Positions 29,683-39,649 of a stretch of DNA of 64,000 nucleotides are shown piece after piece. The DNA comes from Candidatus Bathyarchaeota archaeon. Lineage in GTDB: Archaea; Thermoproteota; Bathyarchaeia; 40CM-2-53-6. Every line of letters starts with the position of its first letter. Position 1 is the first letter of the stretch. Below the pieces are notes generated by a model. That model saw only the letters and a program-made list of their open reading frames with translations. It was not told where the DNA came from and did no database searches. The DNA is taken from the NCBI GenBank assembly GCA_963733055.1, contig CAVTBR010000001.1:832001-896000 (forward strand), in the 5' to 3' direction. A program made the translations under genes and the position numbers.

Positions 29683-30978
29683 TTGAATTACCGGGAAGTC
29701 GTCACATCCTTTCTGAAAACCGGCGAAAGAATTCTCATTCTACGACGCAGCCAGAAAGTTGGAACACACAGAGGGCAATGGTCTGCAGTTAGCGGTTACC
29801 TGGAAGGAGATGAGCAACCGCTTACACGCGCTACGACTGAGATACGGGAGGAGGTCGGCCTTCCCGCCAATCAAATCAACCTCCTCAGGGAGGGCGAAGT
29901 CCTGCGGGCCTTTGACGAGGCAACCGACACTGTCTGGGTGATCCACCCTTTCCTATTCGAAGCAAAATCCAGCACAATCCGCCTCGATTGGGAGAACAGC
30001 GAATACCGGTGGATCGAACCAAATCAACTAGCGTCCTACGAGACTGTCCCTAAACTGAGGGAGACCTTCGACCGCGTCCGCTACGATCTCCAAACAAATC
30101 CTGAATCACTCGCAGCGGTTTTACGTGGGGTAGGAGAGGTGTCCCGTGACATAGTTCACGGAGCAAACTTCCTAGGCCGCCAATCTCTTGAATTGTTGTC
30201 AACGACCGCACAGTCTTCAGACGCGAAAAATGCGGACGAGCTATTCTATCATCTATTACTCGTCTTCTTAAGACTGCGAAGAACCCAGCCAGCGATGGCC
30301 AACCTGTGGAACCTGACGGGAAAACTACTACAGATCGTTGATGGAGAGAGGGGAAGGATTACCTCAGTAGACAATCTCAGGACACGAATCAAAGAGGTTG
30401 GCCAGCGAATTTTGGAAGAAGCTGCCGCAGCTTCGGAGGATGCGTCCCGAAATACAGCCCACAGTCTCCCTCAGGATGGCGTGGTACTGACCCACAGTTA
30501 CAGCAGCACGATCCTAAGATCGTTAGAGTTAGGCCTCAAGAGCGGAAAGAGTTTCCAGGTATTCGCCACGGAATCCTATCCAGGAATGGAAGGCAAACAG
30601 CTGGCAAAGGATTTGATAGTCGTAGGAATACCTGTCAGGCTCATACCGGACTCTGTTCTAGACTCGATCATTCCACGCGTTAACCTTGTTTTGGTTGGGG
30701 CGGACAGCGTGCTCAAGGATGGCTCTCTAATCCACAAGGTTGGGACGAGGAATATTGCGATCGCAGCAAAGAGACATGGCATACACTTCATTAGCAGCTG
30801 CGAAACTGCAAAGTTCAGTACACAGGATTTACTCGGAGAAACTCCCACACTCCCCCAACGACTCTTCGACTTGACTCCAGCGGAATTTGTATCGAACTAT
30901 GTTACCGAGAGTGGGCAAGTGGGTCCTAGCGGTGTGGACAAGGTAACGAAGAATATGTTGAAGGAAATCTACTCCTAG
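29683..30978 (+). CDS. NUDIX hydrolase fused to an eIF2B/MtnA/R15P-isomerase-family domain
   Basis: Nudix box GYLEGDE...TEIREEVGL; HGA, LTHSYSST, ESYPGMEG, VGADSV and HKVGT motifs. Confidence 0.85.
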   Translation: MNYREVVTSFLKTGERILILRRSQKVGTHRGQWSAVSGYLEGDEQPLTRATTEIREEVGLPANQINLLREGEVLRAFDEATDTVWVIHPFLFEAKSSTIRLDWENSEYRWIEPNQLASYETVPKLRETFDRVRYDLQTNPESLAAVLRGVGEVSRDIVHGANFLGRQSLELLSTTAQSSDAKNADELFYHLLLVFLRLRRTQPAMANLWNLTGKLLQIVDGERGRITSVDNLRTRIKEVGQRILEEAAAASEDASRNTAHSLPQDGVVLTHSYSSTILRSLELGLKSGKSFQVFATESYPGMEGKQLAKDLIVVGIPVRLIPDSVLDSIIPRVNLVLVGADSVLKDGSLIHKVGTRNIAIAAKRHGIHFISSCETAKFSTQDLLGETPTLPQRLFDLTPAEFVSNYVTESGQVGPSGVDKVTKNMLKEIYS

Positions 30979-30998
30979 CTCACCACATAATAACAACC

Positions 30999-31406
30999 TT
31001 GGCCTCTAAACGGACAGGTACGATAGCCTTGAGCGGCATTCCCGAAGTTGACATGAGGATAAGACGCCTTGTCCAGGCAGTATTTCGATCGCAAGGAATG
31101 CTTAGGGAATACTTCACCGACCTCTTCCCTTACATGCGGGAAACCGTTCGCCAATTCAACCTAGAAGACCAATGGAACAAAGTGTACAGCGAGGTTGTCA
31201 CCGGTGACTACGAATTGGATCGATTATCCATATTCCTCGATCGCCTCTACAAAGAGAAGAGGGAACTCTTCGCATCATTCCTAGGTTACGTTATAGGCCA
31301 AGTTCTCAATAAGTTTCATGAACCCAAGGAAAATCTGACCTGGTTCTTCCAGGAGCTGAAGGAACTAGGGTTCCGTTGGGACGGCAAGAAACTAGTCTCA
31401 AACTAA
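30999..31406 (+). CDS. Hypothetical protein
   Basis: 135-aa helical-looking ORF filling the gap, co-oriented with the upstream genes. Confidence 0.7.
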   Translation: MASKRTGTIALSGIPEVDMRIRRLVQAVFRSQGMLREYFTDLFPYMRETVRQFNLEDQWNKVYSEVVTGDYELDRLSIFLDRLYKEKRELFASFLGYVIGQVLNKFHEPKENLTWFFQELKELGFRWDGKKLVSN

Positions 31407-32693
31407 TCAAGGCAGGCCTGACGCTGGCGCTCTAAAGGCTTCCTTCCTAAACAGTAGCCTTTCTTCAGGCGGAGCGATTTTCCGGAAGAAGTAGTAGAAG
31501 CTAATCGCGGAGGCGAGGTAGATCGCGCCGCCGATTGCGACGGGCGCAGAGATGGAAAGGTAGGTTGTACCGCTAAGGAAGTAGCCTGCTAAAATCGGGC
31601 TAATGGAACTCCCCACTCCCCAGACGGTATATGTTATCGCCGATGCGGACGCCCGCTCCTTAGGGCTCACGGTTCCCATGAGATAGGATTGCTGAATGGG
31701 CCATGACGCATTCATGAAGAAGTTTCGCGCGATCAGGAGTACGGCCTCGATTTCGTAGGTGGGAGCAAAGATCATCGACATTAGGAGAAGTGCTGATAAG
31801 GCTTGGGTGAGAAAAGCGCTTCTCGGGCTACCCAAACTCCCTGCTAATTTCGGGACGAGGGGGATGACGATTAATGAAGTCGCTTCTGCCGCTGCATACC
31901 AGGGCCCCAAAACTGTTTCGCTAGTTCCATACATTCTGTTGAACCAAAGCGAAAGTAACTGTATCCCAAGGCCTGACGCAAAACCAACTAGGCCAATGCT
32001 GAATGAGAATTTTACAATTTGAGGCTTCGATTTCAAGTGTAGTAAACTCTTCGAACTTAGCCTGTTCAGCGTTGTTCTCTTTGCTCGCCTTTCGCCGATT
32101 GGCAGAATAGCCAATCCTGACATGATCGAAAATAGTGCGAAAATTAGGAACGTATACTCAAATGACGTTCCGAAGTCTAAATGAAGCTGGGTTCGGAAGA
32201 GGTAGGGGAGTACGCTCATTGCTGAACCTAGCGTGAGTGCAATCGTCCACAACCCTTGGGACCATGCGAATGCACCCGTTCTTTTCTCACGCGGAGCTTT
32301 CTCTGCCAGTAACGCTGTCCATGCCGGCGTCCATACAGCGGCGCTGAATCCTCCCGCGAGTCCCACGCCACCGATCGCGCTGGCTAACAATAATGAATTG
32401 AGATCACGGGTAAACGCGAACAGAAGGTAAGCTGCCGTGGCTGAAAGGAAGCCGGCAAGAACGAATGTTTTCCTGCCATACCGGTCCGCTGCGACGGCGA
32501 AAGGGATGAGTGCGATCGTGTTAGCTATGGAGGACACTGATGTTACGTAACCGATTATTTCGCCTGAGAAACCAATATTGCTGAGGTAGATTGGCAATAC
32601 AACGAGCGTGAACCCGTAGGGTAAGGAATTCAACGCCATCGCGCCGAGCAGCAGGTTTGCATCTAATGCGCGGTGTGAATCTCGGTTGCTCAT
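31407..32693 (-). CDS. MFS transporter
   Basis: ADRYGRK motif A; about 12 TM segments. Confidence 0.9.
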   Translation of the reverse strand: MSNRDSHRALDANLLLGAMALNSLPYGFTLVVLPIYLSNIGFSGEIIGYVTSVSSIANTIALIPFAVAADRYGRKTFVLAGFLSATAAYLLFAFTRDLNSLLLASAIGGVGLAGGFSAAVWTPAWTALLAEKAPREKRTGAFAWSQGLWTIALTLGSAMSVLPYLFRTQLHLDFGTSFEYTFLIFALFSIMSGLAILPIGERRAKRTTLNRLSSKSLLHLKSKPQIVKFSFSIGLVGFASGLGIQLLSLWFNRMYGTSETVLGPWYAAAEATSLIVIPLVPKLAGSLGSPRSAFLTQALSALLLMSMIFAPTYEIEAVLLIARNFFMNASWPIQQSYLMGTVSPKERASASAITYTVWGVGSSISPILAGYFLSGTTYLSISAPVAIGGAIYLASAISFYYFFRKIAPPEERLLFRKEAFRAPASGLP

Positions 32694-32842
32694 GAAGACT
32701 TTCGCCGTCGAGCTTTTGGCAGATGGCCGCTACAAGAGACGTGTCTAGCCTACGTTAAGCAATAGGCCAACATCACGCCACGAGTGTACGCGGTCGGAAT
32801 CGTTCAATGAGCTATAGAGCTTGCGCTGAATTCAGAACCTTG

Positions 32843-32851
32843 AAAGAAAAA
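32843..32851 (-). terminator. Oligo-U terminator of the Tyr/Pro-rich gene
   Basis: mRNA UAGGCCCCGCCCCUUUUUCUUU directly after the coding sequence. Confidence 0.5.
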
Positions 32852-32861
32852 GGGGCGGGGC

Positions 32862-33131
32862 CTACTGACAGATCATCAAGCAGTTGCCGACTTTGTGTTC
32901 TCCACGCGGAATACCGGGTGCGAAAGCTACAGGAGGTGGTGGAGGCGCGAAGGCAGCAACAGGCGGAGCGTAGGCGTAAGCCGGAGGCGGAGGAGGCATA
33001 GCATAGCTGGCATACGCTGGATAGGCCGCTGCTGGATAGGGTGCTGGAAGCGCTGGTGCTGAATAGCCTGCGTACTGGTAGGGTGGATAGGCCCCATACG
33101 GATACGAACCATAGCCACAATAGTTACACAT
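32862..33131 (-). CDS. Tyr/Pro/Ala-rich 89-aa protein with terminal Cys pairs
   Basis: ATG start, TATA-like CTTAAT about 35 nt upstream, U-tract downstream, and coherent repetitive composition. Confidence 0.7.
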   Translation of the reverse strand: MCNYCGYGSYPYGAYPPYQYAGYSAPALPAPYPAAAYPAYASYAMPPPPPAYAYAPPVAAFAPPPPPVAFAPGIPRGEHKVGNCLMICQ

Positions 33132-33374
33132 AGTTAACCGAGAACCGAAACCGAAAACGAGGAATTAAGCGTATCAGGAAACTGACAGAGGCATGCAAAC
33201 CCACATGCCGAAGCCTCTCACACCATTCCCAGATGTTTGCTTCCAACACGACAAAAGTGAAATCCTAACGAGAAGCGCCGGCAAGGTATCGTAAGAGTTC
33301 ATAATTCTGAAACACGTTAGTGACGACAAAGATTACCTATCTCGGACGTTTCAGATTAGGAGGCGGCAGCTTGC

Positions 33375-35751
33375 ATGATAGAAGTCTCGCGTTATGAATT
33401 ATTCATCGATCTGGATTTTCAGGGACTGAAGTTCAAGGGCATGCTCCGTGCGAAGTTGAAAACGGACGTGAATGTCGTTTTCAACGCAGTTGCCCTGGAC
33501 ATAATCAGCGTTAGGTCTGATTCCAAGATCTTCCCTTTCAGCCAGAAGGAAGACGACTTAATGATTCAGACCGGGGCATTCGAAGGGGTCTTGCAAGTTG
33601 ACTACGCGGGACATATCCCACATTCGTTGGCTGGAATCTATAGCGCACCCTACGAGAAATCCCACATCGTAACGACCCATTTCGAAGCTGCCCAAGCTAG
33701 GCGCATGCTCCCGTGCGTTGACCGTCCCGACATCAAAGCTGAATTCAAACTTACGGTGAAAATAGACAAAGAACTAAACGCCATTTCAAACATGCCCATA
33801 GAATCTGAGAAACCCGATGGCGACAAGAAAATTGTGACTTTCGAGAAGACTCCACGGATGTCAACGTACCTACTCTACCTCGGCGTGGGCAAGTTCGAAT
33901 CGGAAACCACTAGGGTCGGGAATACTAGCATAATCCTTGCAACCACGCCTGGCAAGTCGAATCTGGGAGCGTTTGCGCAAGACGACGCGCGCAAATCAAT
34001 TGAATTCTTCAACACCTATTACAAGATACCCTATGCGCTTCCGAAGGTTCACCTGATCGCCGTCCCTGAATTCGCCATGGGTGCGATGGAAAACTGGGGG
34101 GCAATCACTTTTCGCGAGATCCTACTTCTATTCGACGCGAATACGAGCGCTAGAATGAAGAGGCGCTCCGCCATGGCCATCGCTCACGAATTAGCCCATC
34201 AATGGTTTGGCGACCTAGTCACCATGAAGTGGTGGGACGATATTTGGTTGAACGAAAGTTTCGCGACCTTCATGGCCTACAAGGCCCTCGACTCAGCACA
34301 TCCTGAATGGAGAATCTGGACCAATTTCTTCAACGGAGAGCCGGGGGTCGAATCACTAGCTGGAGCCATGGAACAAGATTCAACGGAAAACACTCACCCA
34401 ATTCAAGTGCAAGTAACCTCACCCGACGAGATAGAACAGATTTTCGACGCGATCAGCTACGGCAAGGGAGCTCACGTGCTCCAAATGATCGAAGCTTACG
34501 TCGGTGAACCAGCCTTTCGCGAGGGCGTGCGACGATACCTCTCAGAACACGCTTACAGCAACGCAACCGGAAATGATCTTTGGTCTTCAATTGAAGCTGT
34601 GTCCCAAAAGCCAGTTCAGAGGGTAATGTCGAGTTGGATACAGCAACCCGGATTCCCAGTAGTGACCGTTTCCAAACGTGATGGCAAACTAACCCTAAGG
34701 CAGGAAAGATTCCTGATTTCAGGAAGCCCGGATAAGGAGAGGCGCCGATGGTCGATCCCGGTAATAATCGAAGTAAACGATCAAAGAAAAAACATCCTCT
34801 TAGAAGACTCGGAATACGAGATTATAGTTGACGATTTGAAGTCACTCAGAATAAACCCCGACCGCACCGGTTTCTATGTAGTCCACTACCAAGGACTCGA
34901 TGATATCATCTGGCGGAGCAAACTATCAACTTACGATCGATGGGGACTAATGCATGACAAATTCGCGTTTCTCCTCTCTGGAAGAATCAACTTCAAAGAA
35001 TACCTAGCAACATTGAGCAAGTTCGAGAGAGAGGCCGATACTCTCTCCGGCCAGGAGTTATCGGATCAAATCACTTTGCTCTATTGGCTCATACCCTCAA
35101 AAATCTTGGACATCTCAAAGAGGATTCATCACGGCTTACTTGAAACGTTCAAGGATAGCACTGACGAGCAGAGTTCGATACTGGAAGGTACGGTGGCTAG
35201 CAGGCTTGCTGTGATTGATCCAGACTACGCGGACACATTAGGGCGCAAATTCAATGACTATGGGAAAACGCCTCCAGAGATGAGGCTAGCTGTGGCCACA
35301 GCCTACGCAAGGTCAACAAACGATATGGAAGGTCTAACTGCGCAAGTATAAGGAAAGCAGTTCGGATGAGGATCGAATCAAGTTTCTGCAGTCAATGACA
35401 ACATTCGGAAATGAGGAACTTGTTAAGCAAACATTGAACTTCGCAGTCGGTGGCCAAGTCAAAAGGCAGGACGTTATCTCGGTGGTCATCGCGGCTACAA
35501 AGAACCCTCAGGTTAGGGACATGGTGTGGGAGTGGTTGAAGTCTAACATAGGAAAGCTTCAGGAACTGTACCAAGGCACGGGGCTCCTCTCAGGCGTACT
35601 CATGTCAATCATTCCAGTCCTCTGCGTTGGCCGCGTTTCTGAAGCTGAAGACTTCTTCGCCAAGCATCCCATTACAGAAGCCGAATCCGGGATCAAAGTG
35701 GGGCTTGAGAAACTACGTGTCTATGATCGGCTTGTCAAGAGCATAGCATGA
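33375..35751 (+). CDS. M1 aminopeptidase (tricorn-interacting factor F2/F3-like), frameshifted at about 35337
   Basis: GAMENWG and HELAHQWFG...WLNESFA motifs. Removing one A from CTAACTG gives …GLLRKYKESSSDEDRIKFLQSM…. Confidence 0.9.
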
Positions 35752-35768
35752 GTAGTTTACTCCTGAAC

Positions 35769-35900
35769 CATGAATGATCACAACGTATCGAACGTATCGA
35801 AACTGTAGTTAGACCGCCTCACCCCTGACGTATCAAGGGGTAAAACAACGTGTGGATCTTAGCCGATCCAACGTCTTCCAGGGCAACGTGATCATGATGA
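35769..35900. other. Multi-stem intergenic element (possible ncRNA or structured 3' UTR)
   Basis: Closing stem ATGATCAC/GTGATCAT encloses two hairpins. Confidence 0.35.
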
Positions 35901-35926
35901 ACCTTTTAGGAATCGACTATTAGTCC

Positions 35927-36613
35927 TTGTCAGAAACGGAAGTCTTGAGCCTGAAGGTCAAAGCGATCGTAATCGATATGGACGGAACGATAACCAAATT
36001 CAACCTAGACTACATGGCCGCACGCCGCAGAGCACTCGAAGAACTTGAGAAACAAGGCTTAAGAACACCCGACATGACCGACCAGATTAACCTCTTTGTC
36101 ATCCTGAAAGAACTCAAGGACAAATGTGAACCAGAAAAGTTTTCGCAATTACGTTCAACGTTCTATGATTTTTTTGAGGAAATGGAAATCAAAGCAGCTG
36201 AAGATGTTTCCCTATTTCCGGGCGTAGAGAAAACGCTCCAAGAGCTGCATGCTAGGCACCTGAAGATTGGGCTCGTAACAAACAACAGTCGAACCGGCAC
36301 AGAACTAACTCTCAAGAGGCATCACCTTGAACCGTTTCTTGATGCCATCGTCACCAGAGACGATTGTGAAGAGATGAAGCCGGCCAGCGCCCCTATTATG
36401 AAAATCTTGGCCGAACTTGACGTTTCTGCGGAGTCAGCGATCCTGGTTGGGGACGGTGTGATGGACATCATGGCTGCGAAGGCTGCAGGCTTGATCTCAG
36501 TAGCAGTATCCACGGGGCCATTTCCGATCCAGCGAATCCTGAAAGCCGAACCTGACTACGTTCTAGGTTCAGTAAATGAGCTACCGCTACTCATCGACCT
36601 CTTGGAAAAGTAG
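35927..36613 (+). CDS. HAD-superfamily phosphatase
   Basis: DMDGT, VTNN, KP and VGDGVMD motifs. Confidence 0.9.
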   Translation: MSETEVLSLKVKAIVIDMDGTITKFNLDYMAARRRALEELEKQGLRTPDMTDQINLFVILKELKDKCEPEKFSQLRSTFYDFFEEMEIKAAEDVSLFPGVEKTLQELHARHLKIGLVTNNSRTGTELTLKRHHLEPFLDAIVTRDDCEEMKPASAPIMKILAELDVSAESAILVGDGVMDIMAAKAAGLISVAVSTGPFPIQRILKAEPDYVLGSVNELPLLIDLLEK

Positions 36614-36650
36614 GATGAGACTTGTTTGGTCAACGAACGTAGATTTGATT

Positions 36651-37214
36651 CTATGCTGATTGCTTGAGATAATGTTCTTGAACGAACGTGATTGTTTTGA
36701 GTCCGACGGTTGGGAAGAGGCAAATATTATTTGCCATCGCGGTCACGAGGCTCGGGATGCCATAAACCATGGTTCCTACGATCGGAGTGTTGTAGGCTAA
36801 CGAAACCCAAGCATTCTGCAAGAACTCGCTCAGTAACGTCAATGCTACTGCAGAAACTAGAGCGATCGCTACCGTTGGCTTTGGATAGATTCGTCTTATG
36901 ATTCCGCCGCAGATTCCTAACAAACCAATTATGGAAGCTATGTAGGGCGTCCAAGCGCCGGGTCCATACGGGCTGGCTATATCGGATATTAGAATTATCA
37001 AGAAACCGGTGATGAAGCCGGCGACGGGGCCGAAAATGAATCCGCTGGCAAAACTTAGAGTTTCACTCAAACCAATTTTCGTCACTATACCGTAAACGGT
37101 CGGGGGGGACAGCGAAGCCACATTACCCGCCATAATTCTGACTACTGCACCAATAGCGCTAAATGTAGAAACCAAAGCGATTTGTTTCGAGCTGAACCGC
37201 AGACTTTGAAGCAA
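36651..37214 (-). CDS. ECF transporter S component (probably corrinoid-related)
   Basis: GFIFGPVAGF...SD...GPGAWTP; about 6 TM segments; divergent from the cob operon. TTG 37214 is preferred over 37274. Confidence 0.7.
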   Translation of the reverse strand: MLQSLRFSSKQIALVSTFSAIGAVVRIMAGNVASLSPPTVYGIVTKIGLSETLSFASGFIFGPVAGFITGFLIILISDIASPYGPGAWTPYIASIIGLLGICGGIIRRIYPKPTVAIALVSAVALTLLSEFLQNAWVSLAYNTPIVGTMVYGIPSLVTAMANNICLFPTVGLKTITFVQEHYLKQSA

Positions 37215-37225
37215 AAATGGAGGCC

Positions 37226-37244
37226 TGGCTGGATAATCCAGCCA
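37226..37244. promoter_or_regulatory. Perfect 19-bp palindrome TGGCTGGAT-A-ATCCAGCCA
   Basis: 9-bp arms between the divergent ECF-S and cobZ starts. Confidence 0.55.
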
Positions 37245-37273
37245 TAGAGATAAAGCGCTGCCGGTGATATTCA

Positions 37274-37768
37274 ATGCCAGATTTGACGGGTCAAATGATT
37301 GGGAATCCGCCGCTGTTGCGTTATTTGGAGGAGAGGGGAGTCACCTTGAAGGACTTGGTTGAGACAGCGCTAGTAATGTTTGTTCCGCATCCTGGTGTCG
37401 AAAATAGAGAAAAAGCGATTCAGATAATCTTAGAACAATTCCGTGAGGCTCTCACAGACGTCAACGTTTCCACGTTGGTCGTGGCGTGTTATCGGGCCGA
37501 GGAAGACGCCAAAGCTGGACTGATACCGAACCTTAGTGTCGAGAGATTCATGGGCCGCCCCGGTCTCGTAACTGACGAACTTCTTGGGATGACGATTGCA
37601 AACTACATCGCAGGCGCGAAGGGCATTTTCGAATTCATTCGGTTCGACCAGAATAAGCCAGGTATCCTAGCAAAACTAGGGCCAATAACAAATGACGCTG
37701 TGGGCGGACTTATCGCAGGTTGCTCCTCGAACATGTACTCAGAAGCTACTCGGCAGAGTTCAAGATGA
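37274..37768 (+). CDS. cobZ: Archaeal alpha-ribazole-phosphate phosphatase (CobZ/PgpA-like)
   Basis: DVNV, DELLGMTIANYIAG.KG.FEF.RFD..KPGIL..LGP...DAVGGLIAG; adjacent to cobS. Confidence 0.75.
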   Translation: MPDLTGQMIGNPPLLRYLEERGVTLKDLVETALVMFVPHPGVENREKAIQIILEQFREALTDVNVSTLVVACYRAEEDAKAGLIPNLSVERFMGRPGLVTDELLGMTIANYIAGAKGIFEFIRFDQNKPGILAKLGPITNDAVGGLIAGCSSNMYSEATRQSSR

Positions 37769-37775
37769 ATCCCCC

Positions 37776-38531
37776 TTGAGCATTCTGCGTGGTCTGAAGA
37801 ACTCCATCGCCTTCCTGACGATATTTCCCGTCGGAATGGACAGAGACGGCGTCACTCAGGCCGCGGCTTACATGCCACTCTTCCCACTAATCGGCGCCGT
37901 AACTGGTTTAGTGGCTGGCGCGGTCGTCTGGGTTCTCCAACTAGTCTTACCCCAACTTGTAGCCGGAACGATCGGGCTGGGAGTCCTGATTCTAGTTAAT
38001 GGTGCCCAGCATGTGGATGGTTTGCTCGATTTTGGCGACGGGATCATGTTCCACGGTTCACCGACCGGAAAATTACGTGTTATGCGCGATCCCACAACGG
38101 GAGCCGGTGGTTTCTCTTTAGGCCTAATTATTCTGGTTACGACTGTCTTTTCCATCTCAGCCTTGCCGCCACGCCTGATTGTCCCCGGCCTCATAGTGTC
38201 AGAATCTGCTGCAGCGTACTCAATGGCTCTTGAAACCGCCGTAGGTAAATCCGCGCACAAAGGTATGAACAGCATTTTCGTTGAAGCAATGCATCACAAA
38301 CGCGCTTTGCGACTGGGTCTGTCCTGTCTGATAGTTCTCGCAATTTCACTTCTGTTCCTGAGAACTGGTGGACTACCTGTTGTTATCGGCGTGATCCTTA
38401 CGACACTGGCGATGGTCATTGTGGCGAATCGCCACTTCGGCGGCTTAACGGGTGACGTGCTGGGTGCAACGAACGAGATTTCGCGGGCGGTCTCTCTCAT
38501 TCTGGTTTTGGTGTTTTTGAGTTGGGCCTGA
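37776..38531 (+). CDS. cobS: Adenosylcobinamide-GDP ribazoletransferase
   Basis: FLTIFP, HVDGLLDFGDG, MRDPTTGAGG and FGGLTGDVLGATNE motifs. Confidence 0.92.
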   Translation: MSILRGLKNSIAFLTIFPVGMDRDGVTQAAAYMPLFPLIGAVTGLVAGAVVWVLQLVLPQLVAGTIGLGVLILVNGAQHVDGLLDFGDGIMFHGSPTGKLRVMRDPTTGAGGFSLGLIILVTTVFSISALPPRLIVPGLIVSESAAAYSMALETAVGKSAHKGMNSIFVEAMHHKRALRLGLSCLIVLAISLLFLRTGGLPVVIGVILTTLAMVIVANRHFGGLTGDVLGATNEISRAVSLILVLVFLSWA

Positions 38532-39145
38532 CCGCTCTAGTAATGGCCGGTGGTCGAGCCACTCGAATGGGAACCAAAGTAGAGAAACCGCTTCTCGAAG
38601 TTTCAGGTAAGCCGATGCTGCAAATCATAATAGAAGTGCTCAAACGGACGAAAGTAGATCGAATTGTAGTTGCCACAAGCGTCAACACCCCGTCAACAAG
38701 CGTCGAAGCCCGGCGTATGGGCGTTGAAGTTCTAGTTACGCCCGGTGATGGGTTCCACGAGGATATGCGTTTTGCCATTCGACGACTCTCTCTTGGCGTT
38801 GTTTTGGTTGTTTCCGCAGACCTACCATTCATAACCGTCGACATCGTTGAGCAAGTCGTGCAAAAGTATCGAAGTTCAGGCAAACCAGCGTTGGCGGTTA
38901 TGGCCAAACCCGAAGTGTATGAAAAGGCTGGCTTCAAACCACAATCCCTCTTCAAGGTTGATGGCCAGAACCTTGTGGCCGTTGGAATCAACATCATCGA
39001 CGGGAAATGTATCGGACAAGGAGAACTAGATCAGACGGTATTCGTAATCGATTCAGGCGATGTCGTTCTTAGCGTTAACACGTTGATGGAGCTTGATCTC
39101 GCGAGGAAGAAGATCTCCGACATGAGAGGAAGCCGTGCAGAATAA
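38522..39145 (+). CDS. cobY: Adenosylcobinamide-phosphate guanylyltransferase
   Basis: MAGGRATRM..EKP, SADLP and GINI motifs; cob context. Confidence 0.85.
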   Translation: MGLTALVMAGGRATRMGTKVEKPLLEVSGKPMLQIIIEVLKRTKVDRIVVATSVNTPSTSVEARRMGVEVLVTPGDGFHEDMRFAIRRLSLGVVLVVSADLPFITVDIVEQVVQKYRSSGKPALAVMAKPEVYEKAGFKPQSLFKVDGQNLVAVGINIIDGKCIGQGELDQTVFVIDSGDVVLSVNTLMELDLARKKISDMRGSRAE

Positions 39146-39154
39146 CTGACTGAT

Positions 39155-39649
39155 GTGAAATCCATGCTGATTCCTAAGAACGTACCGCGCACCTACCTGA
39201 TTGCACGCATAACAGTGTTTGCTGCACTGTCTGTTGTAGGTTCCTTTATTCAACTTCCTAGCCCAGTCTCAACCGTCGCCCTTGATTCGGCACCCGGCTT
39301 CTTCGCCGCGCTATACTTTGGTCCACTGGACGGATTTTGCGTATTTGGCTTGGGCCACTTGTCAACGGCGATTGTCCATGGTTTTCCGCTTGGATTCCTC
39401 CACTTACCAATCGCGGTGGGGCTTGCCGTTGGTGGAGCTTCAGTTGGGATAGTCAATAAGAAGTGGAGAGTTTTCCCAGCAGTTGCAACGGGCATCGCCA
39501 TCAATACGGCTTTAGTTGTATTGGCTATTCCAGTAATGGGCGTGGCTGCCACTTTGGCCTTTGCTCCGCTTCTGTTTCTCGCGGCCGTCATTAATGGAGC
39601 AGTTGGCACGTTCGCCTATCTTACGATAAGAAGAAGGCTAAAGGTGTGA
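39155..39649 (+). CDS. cblT: Alpha-ribazole transporter (CblT-like ECF S component)
   Basis: PSPVSTVALDSAPGFFAAL and GHL.TA...GFPLG..H motifs; overlaps cblS. Confidence 0.75.
   Translation: MKSMLIPKNVPRTYLIARITVFAALSVVGSFIQLPSPVSTVALDSAPGFFAALYFGPLDGFCVFGLGHLSTAIVHGFPLGFLHLPIAVGLAVGGASVGIVNKKWRVFPAVATGIAINTALVVLAIPVMGVAATLAFAPLLFLAAVINGAVGTFAYLTIRRRLKV

Noticed and set aside
37215-37273. Cobalamin riboswitch ahead of the cob operon
   Set aside because: The spacer is too short and has no B12-box.
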